Below, one piece after another: positions 50,546-63,232 of a DNA stretch of 64,000 bases. Each line of letters starts with the position of its first letter. Position 1 is the first letter of the stretch. The notes below the pieces were generated by a model. It was not told the DNA's origin and did not search any database. It was given only the letters and a program-made list of their open reading frames with translations. The position numbers and the translations under genes were made by a program. This stretch comes from Malacoraja senta (lineage: Eukaryota), in the NCBI GenBank assembly GCA_038087875.1, contig CM075988.1, forward strand, positions 24,182,001 through 24,246,000, written 5' to 3'.

Positions 50546-51762
50546 GAACATACCCACTTTGTGTCTGTATTGATGGGTAACTCAGTCTGTCAGGCAGCAT
50601 CTCTGGAGAAAAGGATGGATCCTGACCCGAAATGTCACCCATTCCCCTTTCTCCAGAGATGCCTGCCTGGCCCGCTGTGTTACTCCAGCAGTGTTGTGTT
50701 TATCTCTGGTATAAACCAGCAGTTCTTGGTTTCCACATCTCCATCAGTTAGCCAAAGAGTTGCCTGAGCAGTAAATGACAAGCTTACAGGGCAGGGTGCA
50801 GAAACTTTTGTTTAATTTGCAGGCTGAAGCAAAATGATTCCCTGAATTTAATATTTTTCCTCAACACTTTAAAATAATGCTGATTCTGTCCCAAACCATT
50901 GATGCAGTAAAATAGTTCAGCACTGAAGGATGTATTCAAACATGCAAACGCTGGTGCCCAGAGCATTGACGGTGTTTCAGTTAGCATGAGATTTACAGAC
51001 TGGAAGATTACACACCGATTACTGCACATTTAGTGGAAGCAGACTAACCTCAACGAGACTAATCAGCAGCATAAAAACTCTGCACATCTGCGGGCACAGT
51101 GACTTCTGCCGAGTCAACAACTAAAAGATAGACATGAAATGCTCAATTATCTAGTGGGCTTGCTCCGAAATCTTCGCTTTCGTCCCACACCCCAAAGGCG
51201 TGCAGGTTAATTGGCTTAAGTGTAAATTGTCCGTAGTGCGCGTGTAGGATAGTGTCGATGTGCGGGGATCGCTGGTCGGTGTGGACTCGGTGGGCCAAAG
51301 GGCCTGTTTCCGCACTGCATCCCCAAACTAAACTCAGCGAGACAGGGCAGCATCCTCTGGAGAGAAGGAATGGTTGATGTTTCGGGTCGAGAACCATCTT
51401 CAGACCCGAAATGTCACCCATGCCTTCTCTCCAGAGATGCAGAGCAAGTTTATTTTATTTTAACTACACACAGCACACTGCCAGAGGTGGCGGTGGAAAC
51501 CAATACGATAGCGCCATTTGAGAGGTTTAAGTGGCTTTACATTGACACATGGATGTGCAGCAAATGGAGGGATTATGGATCACGTGCAGGCAGAGCAGCT
51601 TGGTCTCACTTGGATCGTGTTCAGTACAGACATTGTGGGTGAAAGGACTGTTCCTGTGCAGTATCGTTGTATGTTCCATGTTCCATGTTCCACGTGCGAC
51701 TCCGGGCTAATGGGATCATTGCAAAATTAAACTGGCAGTCGTCCGTATTTAATGGAGCCCAC

Positions 51763-52040
51763 TTAGACAAATAGGTGCAGGAGTAGGCCATTTGTCCCTT
51801 CGAGCCAGCACCGCCATTCAATGTGATCATGGCTGATCATCCCCAATCAGTACCCCGTTCCTGCCTTCTCCCCATATCCCCCGACTCCACTATTTTTAAG
51901 AGCCCTATCTAGCTCTCTCTTGAAAGCATCCAGAGAACCTGCCTCCACCGCCCTCAGAGGCAAGAGAATTCCACAGACTCACCACTCTGTGAGATTTCCA
52001 CAGATCTCACCACTCTGTGAGAATTCCACACTCACCACTT
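51763..52040 (-). mobile_element. CR1 3' fragment with a triplicated ~27-bp unit at its 5' truncation point
   Basis: CR1 3' UTR; gagaattccacagactcaccactctgt repeated about 3x at 51964-52040. Confidence 0.85.
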
Positions 52041-52414
52041 CTCAGCCTTCACGTCCCCAAATGCCATGAACAAATAGTGATTACATCGCATTCTGCAACG
52101 AGCTAGCTCATGCACGATGTTGCCATCAATGAAGAGCTAACTCAGAAAGCCAGCAAAACCACATCCAAAAATACCTTCGCCAACCTGCTGACCAAGATCC
52201 TGCATGTGTTCAAACTTCAAACAATGGCTTAACAATTGTTCAATGGCTGGTTGACCTGGTAAAATTTACCAAAGATCAGTTACTTCCCCCTTGTGTCGGA
52301 CGGAACTGCAGATTAAACTGCATCACGGTCGATACGCAGCTTGGCCGAGTTCTGTTCACCGAGACAGCCTCCGCCGCCATCTGCCCACATGCTCACTCCT
52401 CCTCAAAATCCTTA

Positions 52415-53030
52415 AGCCCCTGTCCCACTTACGTGTCCTTGGCACGCTAATTACGCAACCTCGTGGTCGCGTTGAGGCGCGCGTGTCATCATGCGCCCCG
52501 CACAGCCGTCTGGAGCGCGTGACATCATTTGAAGATGGACACAAAATGCAGGAGTAACCTCAGCGGGACCAGCAGCATCTCTGAGCAATGGGTGATGTTT
52601 CGTGTCGAGACTCTTCTTCAGTCTGAAAGAAGGATCTTGACCCGAAACATCATCCATTCCTTCTCTCCAGAGGTCGGTCCCGCTGAGTTACTCCAGCATT
52701 TTATGTCTATCTTCAATTTTCTTGGCCCCGCTCTGGGAGTAGGAGTGGGGGCGGATCCGGATCCGCAACGGCCGTGAGCCCCAGGCCGAGCTCGGCGATC
52801 GTTTGCCTGCTTCTGCTGCTGTTGGAGGCGAGACGTTGCGTCACGCCAGGGTCTTGTGCCTGTCCCACTTTGGCCGTCAGTTACGCGACAGGCAGGTGGG
52901 CGCGCGAAGATTTCGTACAGGTCGAAGTCCACACTGCTCCACACCACTCCATGCACCCGTCCACGCGCTACCCACACGCTAGCAGGTCGCGTAAATGGCG
53001 CGCGAAAGACAGTCAAGTGGGACAGGCCCT
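52415..53030. mobile_element. PIF/Harbinger-like MITE (616 bp), TIR AGGGCCTGTCCCACTT, TTA TSD, containing an internal PLE fold-back (52531-52715) and an internal TIR-like copy (~52858-52870)
   Basis: TTA|agcccctgtcccactt ... aagtgggacaggccct|TTA; CpG-rich interior. Confidence 0.85.
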
Positions 53031-53774
53031 TTACTCTGTTCTTTAATTGCCCACCAGATCTCCTGCATGTATTGACACAAGAGATTAGTGCAGGAGTAGG
53101 CCCATAAGATCAACCAAACCTCCTCTGCCATTCAGCAGCATTCTCCAGAGTACAGCTTCCCATCTTATCTCCCAGTTCATTAATTCCCTGGGTGCCCATC
53201 CCAGCCTTGAAGAAACTTAATTGCTGGACGTATCTCTGGGGTGGAAAACTTCAAAGATTTGGGGCTCTCCGAGGGAAGAAATGCCAACTTCTCTGTACTG
53301 CTGGTTATAGATTCTCCGGGCAGGGGGTAAAAACCTCTCGCAAGGTTCCTGTGTATCCTTTCAGAACCTGGCGTAACGTGAAATCACTAAATTCTTCAAA
53401 ACACTCGTCTCGATCTCTCATCCTTCATCGCAGGAATCGATAGACTGATTGTACCTCCACTGCCTCCATGCTGTTCCACAGGCAATTGGAACAGAACTGC
53501 ATGCAATATTTTAGATGTGGTCTTACCAATGCCCGGCAGAGTTCACACAGTGTGGACTCAAATAAGGTCACGCGATAGGAGCAGAATTCGGCCACTTTCC
53601 CAACAAGTCTACTCCGTCATTCCATCATGGCTGATCCATCTCTCCCTCCTAACCCCATTCCCATGCCTTCTCCCCATAACCCTCGACCTCCTCCTGCATG
53701 CCATTTCCTTGTCAAAAGCATATAATCTTGTACGTAATCACAGCGTGATCTTATAGAAGTGTAATATTTGTGAG

Positions 53775-54268
53775 AGAAGGGATGTAATGGCGTTGGAGCG
53801 GGTCCAGAGGACATTGACCACATTGATCCTGGGGGTTATCGGGTTAATGTACGATGAGTGTTTAACACTGGGCCTGTACTCGCAGGAATTTAGAGGGAAG
53901 AGAGGAATCCTCATTAAAACCTACCGAATAGTGAAAGGCCTGGATAGAGTGGATGTGGGGAGGATGCTTCTACCAGTGGGAGAGTCTAGGACCAGAGGGA
54001 ACAGCCTCAGAATAAAAGGATATAGCTTTAGAAAGATGAGGAGTAATTTATTTAGCCTGAGGGTGGTGAATCTGTGGAATTCATTGCCACAGATGACTGT
54101 AGAGGCCTAGTCATTGGATATTTTTTTTGATTAATAATGGTACGAAAGGTTACTGGGAGACGGCAAGAGAATGGGGTTGAGAGGGAAAGACAGATCAGCC
54201 ATGATTGAATGGCGGAGCAGACTCCATGGACCAAATGGCCTAAATTCTGCTCCTATGACATGAACTTA
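53775..54268 (+). mobile_element. CR1-clade LINE 3' fragment
   Basis: ORF 53787-54110 ALERVQRTLTTLI..GESRTRGNSLRIKG..LWNSLP. Confidence 0.85.
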
Positions 54269-55429
54269 TACAGACATCATACAAAAACTAATTATATATA
54301 CATCTCAAAGGAAAACCATGTGCAGGAAAAAAAAGATCAGTGCAAAATTATACGAGTAGAAAACTAGTGGAGGATAGTACAAGAGGCGGCCCGTGGTGAA
54401 TTGCTGCTTTCTGATCACAGATCGCTGTGTAGAGTGAACCAAGACTAACTGGCATTGTACAGCTGCACTCTCCCCACTGCCCGACACACTCCAGCAACAC
54501 ACCCATTGATAAATCAGACGCTACTCAGTTTGGGTCCGGACAGATTTGTTTGGGTCACCCAGCTTTCAGGGACCGCTAGCAGCTCCAGCTTACCAAGCAG
54601 TTTCCGCCTTAGTGTCCAGATGGCGTGAAGCTGACCTACTTACGCCACCGACGCCTTACGAGAACCAACCAAAAAAGCCCTGTGGATCAAACAGCTGCAC
54701 CAGAGCAGGCCCAATAATTCAGTGCCACAGGTCCCCTGCCGTTTATTTGCACTTCGGAGAACGCACACGAGTAGCAGCCAAGATCAACGACACCGTATCT
54801 AAAAACGTCACCTCATCACTTCTCAATCTATTGAACGCACACCAGCTCTGATCTACAGCAAGGAGCTGCTCCGTATGCAGGGGAGCTCAGTTGCTGCTGG
54901 AGGTTTATTACACATCACCAGGAAGTGTCAGAGCCAGCATTCCAATCAAAAGCCAGTTTTAGTTGGCTGGTGAGCTGGGAAGGAGAGGGCAATAATCCAA
55001 CTCTCAGCTCTGCCCCTGGGTTCTTTGATGAAACTACAGGAACTCTAAATTTGGGGGGGGGGGGGGGGTGGAAAAAAACCCATCTTCACATTTGCAGAAG
55101 CATTCACATCCCACAGCAGCTTTCAAATCCAACAATCGGAATAAAAGGGGAGAGATATCCCATAATGGCAGGTAGACAAAAACGCTGGAGAAACTCAGCG
55201 GGTGAGGCAGCATCTATGGAGCGAAGGAATAGGTGAAGAAGGGTCTCGACCCAAAACATCACCTATTCCTTCTCTCCATAGATGCTGCCTCACCCACTGA
55301 GTTTCTCTGGAATTTTTGTCTACTTTCGATTTTTCCAGCATCTGCAGTTCTTTCTTAAACAACCCATAATGGCAGAGTCATTCTTTAACAGGTATTGCTG
55401 ACCAGAATCACCACCACATAATGGGAAGC

Positions 55430-56030
55430 ATACTCAGTGGAGACTAGAAGGTTCTGCATTCAAGTCTCGCAACAGAGACTTGAGCATAAAGACCAAGGCT
55501 GGAACGGCACCGCTAGAATGCCATTTATTAAACAGGCACCCCATCTCTTTTGTTTAGTTTCGAGATACGCGCAGAAACAGACCGAATCCGCACGCACTAT
55601 GCTCAATTTACAATCTTTAACAAAGCCAATTAATCTTTGGAATGTGGGAGGAAACCAGGGCATCCCCACGCAGGTCACGGGGAGAACATACAAACTCCCT
55701 ACAGACACCACCCGCAGTCAGGATTGAACCCAGGTCTCTGGCGCTGTAAGGCAGCAACTCTACCACTGCGCCACCATGTCTTGTTCTTTCTCAGGTGGAT
55801 ACGGGTTACTATTTCAAAATGGAGTAGTGTTTTACTCAGAGCCCTGGATGATCTTCATCTTGCCATCAACATTACCAAGGTAAATGATACAGTTAATGCC
55901 ACGTCGCCATTTAGTGGACCTCGCTGTGCAGAGACTGATCGCTGAAGTTCATATAATTATGAAATGTTTCAGAAGCTTTAAAGTATTGTGGAACCTCCAG
56001 GAAGCACTAAATAAATGCAAGTTTTTTCTC
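55430..56030 (+). mobile_element. Ancient DeuSINE-type relic interrupted by an HE1-type SINE (55550-55780); other relics ~4080-4260 (-), ~9610-9760 (+), ~47000-47195 (-)
   Basis: agaaggttctgcattcaagtc..agagacttgagca..ctcaggtggat..ataaatgcaagttttttc; highly diverged. Confidence 0.5.
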
Positions 56031-58693
56031 ACCATTTGGTGGCTAGTGTAAGTCAACAGAAACAAGGATCATCTCTGTTTTATGGTTTTCTTTGAAACTG
56101 TTTCTTTCCTACCGATTTCAAAAAGGCTTTGAGCAATTCTGATACATCATGGTGTGTAAACAGAGAACAATTCCCTCGAGACTGCCCCATCAAACGCAAC
56201 AAGAGCAGCTACACCAGCATCGGTTAACTTTACAAGAGCAAAGCTCTCTCTCAACTGTCCCATCAAACCCCCCCAGAGGAAGAACAGCATGGATTAGAGA
56301 GACTAAAGCTGCCTCCAAATGTCAATGTAGCTGAGGCACATACAATAACAAACATTAAAAAAACATTTGGACAGGTACGAAGGATAGGAAAGATTTAGGG
56401 CCAAATGGGATGAGGCGCAATTGGTCATCTTGTTCGGCACGGGCAAGTTGAGCCGGGGGATCTGTTATATGAATCTGTGGCTCAACTTCACATACAACTC
56501 TTGGGTACGGACTTCACAGGTTGGAAACAAAGAAAAGTCACATCAAACAACTCCCAGAGCAAGCAAAATGTGTAGGAAGGAACTGTGGAGGCTGGTTCAA
56601 ACCGAGGAGAGACACAAAAAGGTATTGTTAGCTGTGGGCTAGGTGAAAACATGCTACGAGACTGAACAAGATGACTGAAGCTAGTACGACTTGTGTGGGG
56701 GAGGGATGGGGAGAGAGGGGATGCAAGGGTTACAAGTTCACAAGTTATCGGAGTAGAATAAGGCCATTCGGCCCATTGAGTCTACTCCGCTATTCAATAA
56801 TGGCTGATCTCTGCCTCTTAATCCCATTTTCCTGCCTTCTCCCCATAACCCTCGACACCCGTCCTAATCACAAATTTATGTATTGTCTTTCTGCTGACGT
56901 TTAGCATGCAATAAAAGCTTTCCACTGTACCTCGGTACACATGACAATAAACCCAACTATACTCTTGGGGAGAAGAACAATGTGAAGGCTTGACAACTGA
57001 CACCGATTATTGACATTTGCAGTTTTCTATGCCAGTTGTCCGAGGCAAGTCAGAGCCCAGCACCCCAGAAATCCCCCTGCAAACGTATACAATGAGATAT
57101 TTTCTCAAGGCAACGATGACACAAGCTTGTCGCGCGGCTTGGCATAAATTCTCAGAATAATATGCACTTGAAGTTGTCAGAATGAATGGGAAGAATTCTC
57201 ACACAAGGAGAAATTGTATTCTGCAAGATAGCAGTCGGCATTGAAGCCAACTTCAAGCAGTTGCACTCAGTGGAGGCATTGGGACAAGTGTCCAGAACAA
57301 AGGAATATTAAATCTCCAACACACTGCCACCAGCCACCCCAAGGACAGGTACTCTCTGCTGCAACCGATCACATCTAGTGTAGTTTAGAGATACAGCGCG
57401 GAAACAGGCCCTTCGGCCCACCGAGTCCGGGCCGACCAGCGATCCCCGCACATTAACACTATCCCACACACACACACACTAGGGGCAATTTATTATTTTA
57501 CCAAACCAATTGGCCTACAAACCTGCACGCCAGAGTGTGGGAGGAAACCAGAGCACCTGGAGAGAACCCATACAGGTCACGGGGAGAATGGACAAACTCC
57601 GTACAGGCAGCATCCACAGTTGGGATCGAACCCGGGACTTCAGCGCTGTCAGGCAGCAACTTTATTGCTGCGCCACCGTGCCACTCTCAACTCTACTCAA
57701 GCGCCCTAGCACTCTAATCGGGAGCTCGGAGTTTTATTACCCGTTTCATTGTAGTTCTACAAACTAACTTTGTTATTCAAAATACACGTTCTCATCAAAT
57801 GGCAGAGTGGATTCAAACCTCACAGCTTGCTCCACCACTTTACCCCGAGTGTACCCAGAACAGTCTGAAGAAGGGTTTGGGCCCGAAACGTTGCCTATTT
57901 CCTTTGCTCCATAGATGCTGCTGCACCCGCTGAGTTTCTCCAGCACTATTGTCTACACCTGCACACAAGCTGCTCAACGCGTTTGTCAGAGAACATGTTT
58001 AAAGATGTACAAAGAGGGGCGGTATGGTGGCGCAGCGGTAGAGTTGCTGCCTTGCAGCGCCAGGGACCCAGGTACGATACTGACTACGAGTGCTGTCTGT
58101 ACGGAGTTTGCACGTTCTCCCCGTGACCTGCGTGGGTTGTCTCCACGCGTGCAGGTTTGCCGGACGATCGGCTCGGTAAAAACTCCAAATTGGCCCGGGT
58201 GTGTTTAGGATAATGACAGTGTGGTCGGCACGGACTCAGTGGGCTGAATGGCCTGTTTCTGCGCTACATCTGTAAACTAAACTAAAGCCAAGATCCAGGG
58301 AACTTGCAGGCAAGCTGCATAACAAGTTTGTCAAGGAACATGTATAAAGATGAGTGGTGCCAGCAGTGGAACAGTGTGAAAGGGCACCCGGCCAAATGCA
58401 CAAACCCCACAGCACGGAGGCCAATGAAGCCTTCAGAACAAATATTACAATTGCAGACAATTCTGAAGAGTACCACCACATGCTGTAAGGAAGAACAATC
58501 AAAATACAGTTATGCATTGACAATTTCCATGGTAACCCTTGCCAATTTGGCACGTTGCCAAGCCAGTTCTTTCATAGATAATGGCAGGGAAACAAACAGA
58601 TGCCAAGATCAATGAGAAACAGACAACCCAGTGGGAATAAAAAGGCATTTTCTCTCATTGTTAACTTGGGGCACCTCCTATACTTAACTCTTC

Positions 58694-59313
58694 ATAACAA
58701 GAGGAGTTGAGTATAGGAGCAAAGAGGTCCTCCTGCAGTTGTACAGAGCCCTAGTGAGACCACACCTGGAGTATTGTGTGCAGTTTTGGTCTCCAAACTT
58801 GAGGAAGGACATTCTTGCTATTGAGGGAGTGCAGCGTAGATTCACGAGGTTAATTCCCAGGATGGCGGGACTGTCATATGTTGACAGATTGGAGCGGCTG
58901 GGATTGTATACTCTGGAATTTAGAAGGATGAGAGGGAATCTTATTGAAACATAAGATTAAAGGTTTGGACACGCTAGAGGCAGGAAACATGTTTCCAATG
59001 TTGGGGGAGTCCAGAACTAGGGGCACAGTTTAAGAATAAGTGGTAAGCCATTTAGAACAGAGATGAGGAAAAACTTTCACACACAGAGTTGTGAGTGTGT
59101 GGAAATCTCTGCCTCAAAGGGGCGGTGGAGGCTGGTTCTCTGAAAGCTTTCAAGAGAGAGTTAGATAGAGCTCTTAGGGAGAGAAAAGTTAAGGGATATG
59201 GAGAGAAGGCAGGAACGGGGTACTGATTGTGGATGATGAGCCACGATCACATTGAATGGCAGTGCTGGCTCGAAGGGCCTAATGGCCTACTCCTGCACCT
59301 ATTGTCTATTGTC
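58694..59313 (+). mobile_element. CR1-clade LINE 3' fragment
   Basis: ORF 58739-58954 YRALVRPHLEYCVQFWSPNLRKD; ends cctattgtctattgtct. Confidence 0.9.
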
Positions 59314-59962
59314 TAAAGGACTGTCAATCTCAGTGAAGAGGCGACTGTGATTCAAAGATGGCAGAACATAGACAATGATAGACAACGCACCAAAGGGCGT
59401 GTAACGAGGCGACAGGAAAGCAACGAGCTGGAACATGCAGGGAGAGAGGGTGTGCTACAGAGCACGGCAGGAAAATCCACTTCTGGGCAAAGAAGCCGGG
59501 TTGTGGACACAGTAAACAAGACACTTGGCTGCTTTAGTTTCAGTCAAAAGGCATTGCACAGTTTCACTGAATCAGACAGGAAAGTCCCATTGCAACAAGT
59601 AGACTTTACTTTAGACTGTAGAGATACAGCGAGGAAACAGGCCCTTTGGACCACAGAGTCGGCGCTGACCAAGTCAGGTCAAGAGAGTCAAGAGAGTTAA
59701 TTGTCATGTGTCCCTGATAGGACATGAAATTCTTGCTTTGCTTCAGCACAACAGAACATAGTAGGCATTGACTACAGAACAGATCAATGTGTCCATATAC
59801 CATTATATACGTAAATACACACATCCAGCGACCAGCCCGTACACAAGCATTATCCTGCACACACGAGAAACAATTTACAATTTTACCGAAGCCAATTAGC
59901 CTTCAAACATGTGGAAGAAAGAACTGCAGATGCTGGTTTAAATCGAAGGTAGACACAAAAGT

Positions 59963-59990
59963 CTGAAGAAGGGTCACGACCCGAAACGTC
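59963..59990 (+). ncRNA. Minimal type-I hammerhead-ribozyme-like core in a PLE terminal repeat
   Basis: CUGAAGA-A-GGGU(CACG)ACCC-GAAA-CGUC: conserved core, stem II, palindromic ACGU helix III, GUC triplet. Helix I is only ~2 bp (GU/AC), so activity is uncertain. Confidence 0.55.
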
Positions 59991-60754
59991 ACCCATGCCT
60001 TCTCTCCAGAGATGCTGCCTGTCCCGCCGAGTCAGCCTACACACCTGTACGTCCTTGGAGTGTGGGGGGAAACCCGAGCACCGGGCAAAAACCCACGCGG
60101 TCACGGGGAGAACGTACACACTCCGTACCTACCCGGATTTGATCCCGACTAAGGATGCTGTCTGGACGGAGTTTGCACGCTCTTCCTGTGACTGCGCGAG
60201 TTCTCTTCGCCTGCTCCGGTTTCCTCCCGTATCCCAAAGACGTGCAGGTTAATCAGCTTTGGCAAATTGCCCTTAGTGTATAGGATAGAACTAGTGCACA
60301 TGTGATTGTGGTCAACGTGGGCTCGGTGGGACAAGGGGCCTGTTTCTACCCTGTATCTCTAAAACTGAACTAACTAAACCTACATGGGAGTGCCATTGTA
60401 CATCTGTAAGAACAAACATATTAACAGCAGAAAATTCCATCCACCAATGATCAAGTTCTCCCCATCAGTCCAAGGATGAATGCCGGCTGAGTTTGACGTG
60501 CCATGGAGGAAAGGTAGGGGTGGGGGGGGGGCGGTGGAGGAAACCCACCCTTGTGTGTTGAAGGGAAGCTGCAAAGTATCAAGCAAGTTGCAGAATAGAC
60601 CAAGGAAACACATCCATTATCAATTGTTTTATCCTCAATAGTCCCCTTGGTCTGTGTAGGAAAGAACTGCAGATGCTGGTTTAAATCGAAGGTAGACACA
60701 AAATGCTGGAGTAGCTCAGCGGGACCGGCAGCATCTCTGGAGAGAAGCAATGGG

Positions 60755-60969
60755 TGACGTTTCGGGTCAAGACCCTTCTTTCAGTCTGAAGAAGAGTCTC
60801 GACACGAAACATCATGAGTTACTCCAGCATTTTGCGTCCATCTTCAAATGACGTCACGCGCTCTAGATGGCTGTGCGGGCGAATGAAGACGCGCGGGACC
60901 GTCGTGCCTCAACTCGACCACGATGTCACGTAATTAGCGTGCCAAGGACACGCAAGTGGGACAGGCCCT
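60755..60969 (-). mobile_element. Second, one-ended copy of the Harbinger-like MITE plus PLE cassette
   Basis: Reverse complement aligns with 52415-52670, including the MITE/PLE junction tcatttgaagatggac; TIR aagtgggacaggccct|TAA. Confidence 0.8.
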
Positions 60970-61085
60970 TAACTGTGGTTATTAACACAGGAACCCAGGT
61001 CAGAGGAGCCCACAGAGCACAATACTAAGGAATGTTTCAGCTAACCAAGAGCACCCTAGGAATTTCATGGAGGCATATATTCCTA

Positions 61086-61828
61086 CTAGGAAAAGGGGAG
61101 ATGCAGCGAGACCTGGGTGTCATGGTACACCAGTCATTGAAAGTAGGCATGCAGGTGCAGCAGGCAGTGAAGAAAGCGAATGGTATGTTAGCTTTCATAG
61201 CAAAAGGATTTGAGTATAGGAGCAGGGAGGTTCTACTGCAGTTGTACAGGGTCTTGGTGAGACCACACCTGGAGTATTGCGTACAGTTTTGGTCTCCAAA
61301 TCTGAGGAAGGACATTATTGCCATAGAGGGAGTGCAGAGAAGGTTCACCAGACTGATTCCTGGGATGGCAGGACTGTCTTATGAAGAAAGACTGGATAGA
61401 CTTGGTTTATACTCTCTAGAATTTAGGAGATTGAGAGGGGATCTTATAGAAACTTACAAAATTCTGAAGGGGTTGGACAGGCTAGATGCAGGAAGATTGC
61501 TCCCGATGTTGGGGAAGTCCAGGACAAGGGGTCACAGCTTAAGGATAAGGGGGAAATCCTTTAAAACCGAGATGAGAAGAACTTTTTTCACACAGTGTGG
61601 TGAATCTCTGGAACTCTCTGCCACAGAGGGTAGTCGAGGCCAGCTCATTGGCTATATTTAAGAGGGAGTTAGATGTGGCCCTTGTGGCTAAAGGGATCAG
61701 GGGGTATGGAGAGAAGGCAGGTACGGGATACTGAGTTGGATGATCAGCCATGATCATATTGAATGGCGGTGCAGGCTCGAAGGGCCGAATGGCCTACTCC
61801 TGCACCTAATTTCTATGTTTCTATGTTT
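61086..61828 (+). mobile_element. CR1-clade LINE 3' fragment, nearly identical to the 6.4-7.2 kb copy but in opposite orientation
   Basis: ORF 61032-61661 (QRDLGVMVHQSLKV..RPHLEYCVQFWSP..), CR1 3' UTR, ttctatgt-repeat tail. Confidence 0.93.
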
Positions 61829-61840
61829 ACTTGGAGTCAC

Positions 61841-61892
61841 CTGATAGTTAAGATCGATAGCCTTGCAAATTAAGAATGTGAAATTTGCACCA
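61841..61892 (-). other. Possible 52-nt exon (one open frame GANFTFLICKAIDLNYQ) or pseudo-exon
   Basis: Minus strand: long pyrimidine tract (tttttccccttttcgttagccaccttttccag) | 52 nt ending TATCAG | gtgact. Confidence 0.2.
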
Positions 61893-62854
61893 CTGGAAAA
61901 GGTGGCTAACGAAAAGGGGAAAAAAAGCGAAATCCTATGCGAAATGGGAATTTGCAAACCCACGCAGCAAACGGTAGACTAAATGTGGCTTAAACGTTGG
62001 AGCTCCAGCCAGGCGGAAGGTACTCAGTCACAGTCAAAAGCTGCACATTATGTACATAGGTAACACTCCGGGAAATTACTGACCTTCCTTCCAACCAGGG
62101 AGAGAAAAAAAAAGAAAAAAGTTCGTCAAATGGAACTAAAATGGGGGAATGGAGTGGCTGGATTAATGCAGCACCAGAGTCAGGATTCTGGAAAGAGTAG
62201 AGATCAAATAAAGGACAAATGCACTTTCTTTAAGGAAGAGCACCAATGTAATACTTAAAGGTAGACAAAAATGCTGGAGAAACTCAGCGGGTGAGGCAGC
62301 ATCTATGGAGCAAAGGAAATAGGCGACGTTTCAGGTCGAGACCCAGAAAGCATCTATGGAGTGAAGGAATAGGCGACGTTTCAGGTCGAGACCCGGAAAG
62401 CATCTATGGAGCGAAGGAATAGGTGACGTTTCGGGTCGAGACCCGAAAGGGTCTCGACCCGAAACGTCACCTATTCCTTCGCTCCATAGATGCTGCCTCA
62501 CCCGCTGAGTTTCTCCAGCATTTTTGTCTACCTTCGATTGTTCCAGCATCTGCATGCAGTTCCTTCTTAAACATTGTAATACTTAAAATATCTCTCTCAA
62601 AAATCGGTCAATGAATCTGGTGGCCAGTACAAAATGTGTGCCACAGAATCAGCCAGCAACCACACTCATCTCCGCAACCTCAGCTCCCATGGCTTCAACC
62701 AAACCAAATATTTTGAGCTTTAAGAGCTGTCCCACCACATTTAACACTGGCAATCAAAAGGCAAATTTCACCCATTAATACAGACAAAAAACAAACAAAA
62801 AATCTGTATCAGTGGGACCACGAGGCAGTGACAAAATGACCTCCTTGGAGGTCA

Positions 62855-63232
62855 GTAGGATGAGAGGGGATCTTATAGAAAATTCATATATGTTTTGGAC
62901 AGGCTAGATGCAGGAATTTTTTTCCAATGTTGGGAGAGTCCAGAAACAGCAGTCAATTGCAGAATAAAGGGTAGGCCATTTAGGACGGAGACACTTTTTC
63001 ACCCAGAGAGTTGTGAATCTGTGGAATTCTCTGCCACAGTGGAGGCCAATTCACTGGATGTTTTCATGAGAAAGTTAGATTTAGCTCTTAGGGCTAACGG
63101 AATCAAGGGATATGGAGATAAAGCAGGAACGGGGTACTGATTTTAGATGATCAGCCATTATCACATTGAATGGAGCTGCTGGCTCGAAGGGCCGAATGGC
63201 CTACTCCTGCACCTATTTTCCTATGTTTCTAT
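62855..63232 (+). mobile_element. CR1-clade LINE 3' fragment
   Basis: gggggatcttatagaa..ggacaggctagatgcagg..; CR1 3' UTR and tail. Confidence 0.85.

Noticed and set aside
52700..53030. CpG-island-like promoter (also 11500-11900 and 29080-29500)
   Set aside because: CpG richness is confined to young DNA-transposon interiors.
54588..54682. Minus-strand gtaagt/gtaagc donor-like sites
   Set aside because: No convincing acceptor pairing; weak exonic context.
62298..62450. Regularly spaced repeats resembling a CRISPR array
   Set aside because: No unique spacers; eukaryotic tandem of PLE terminal sequence.
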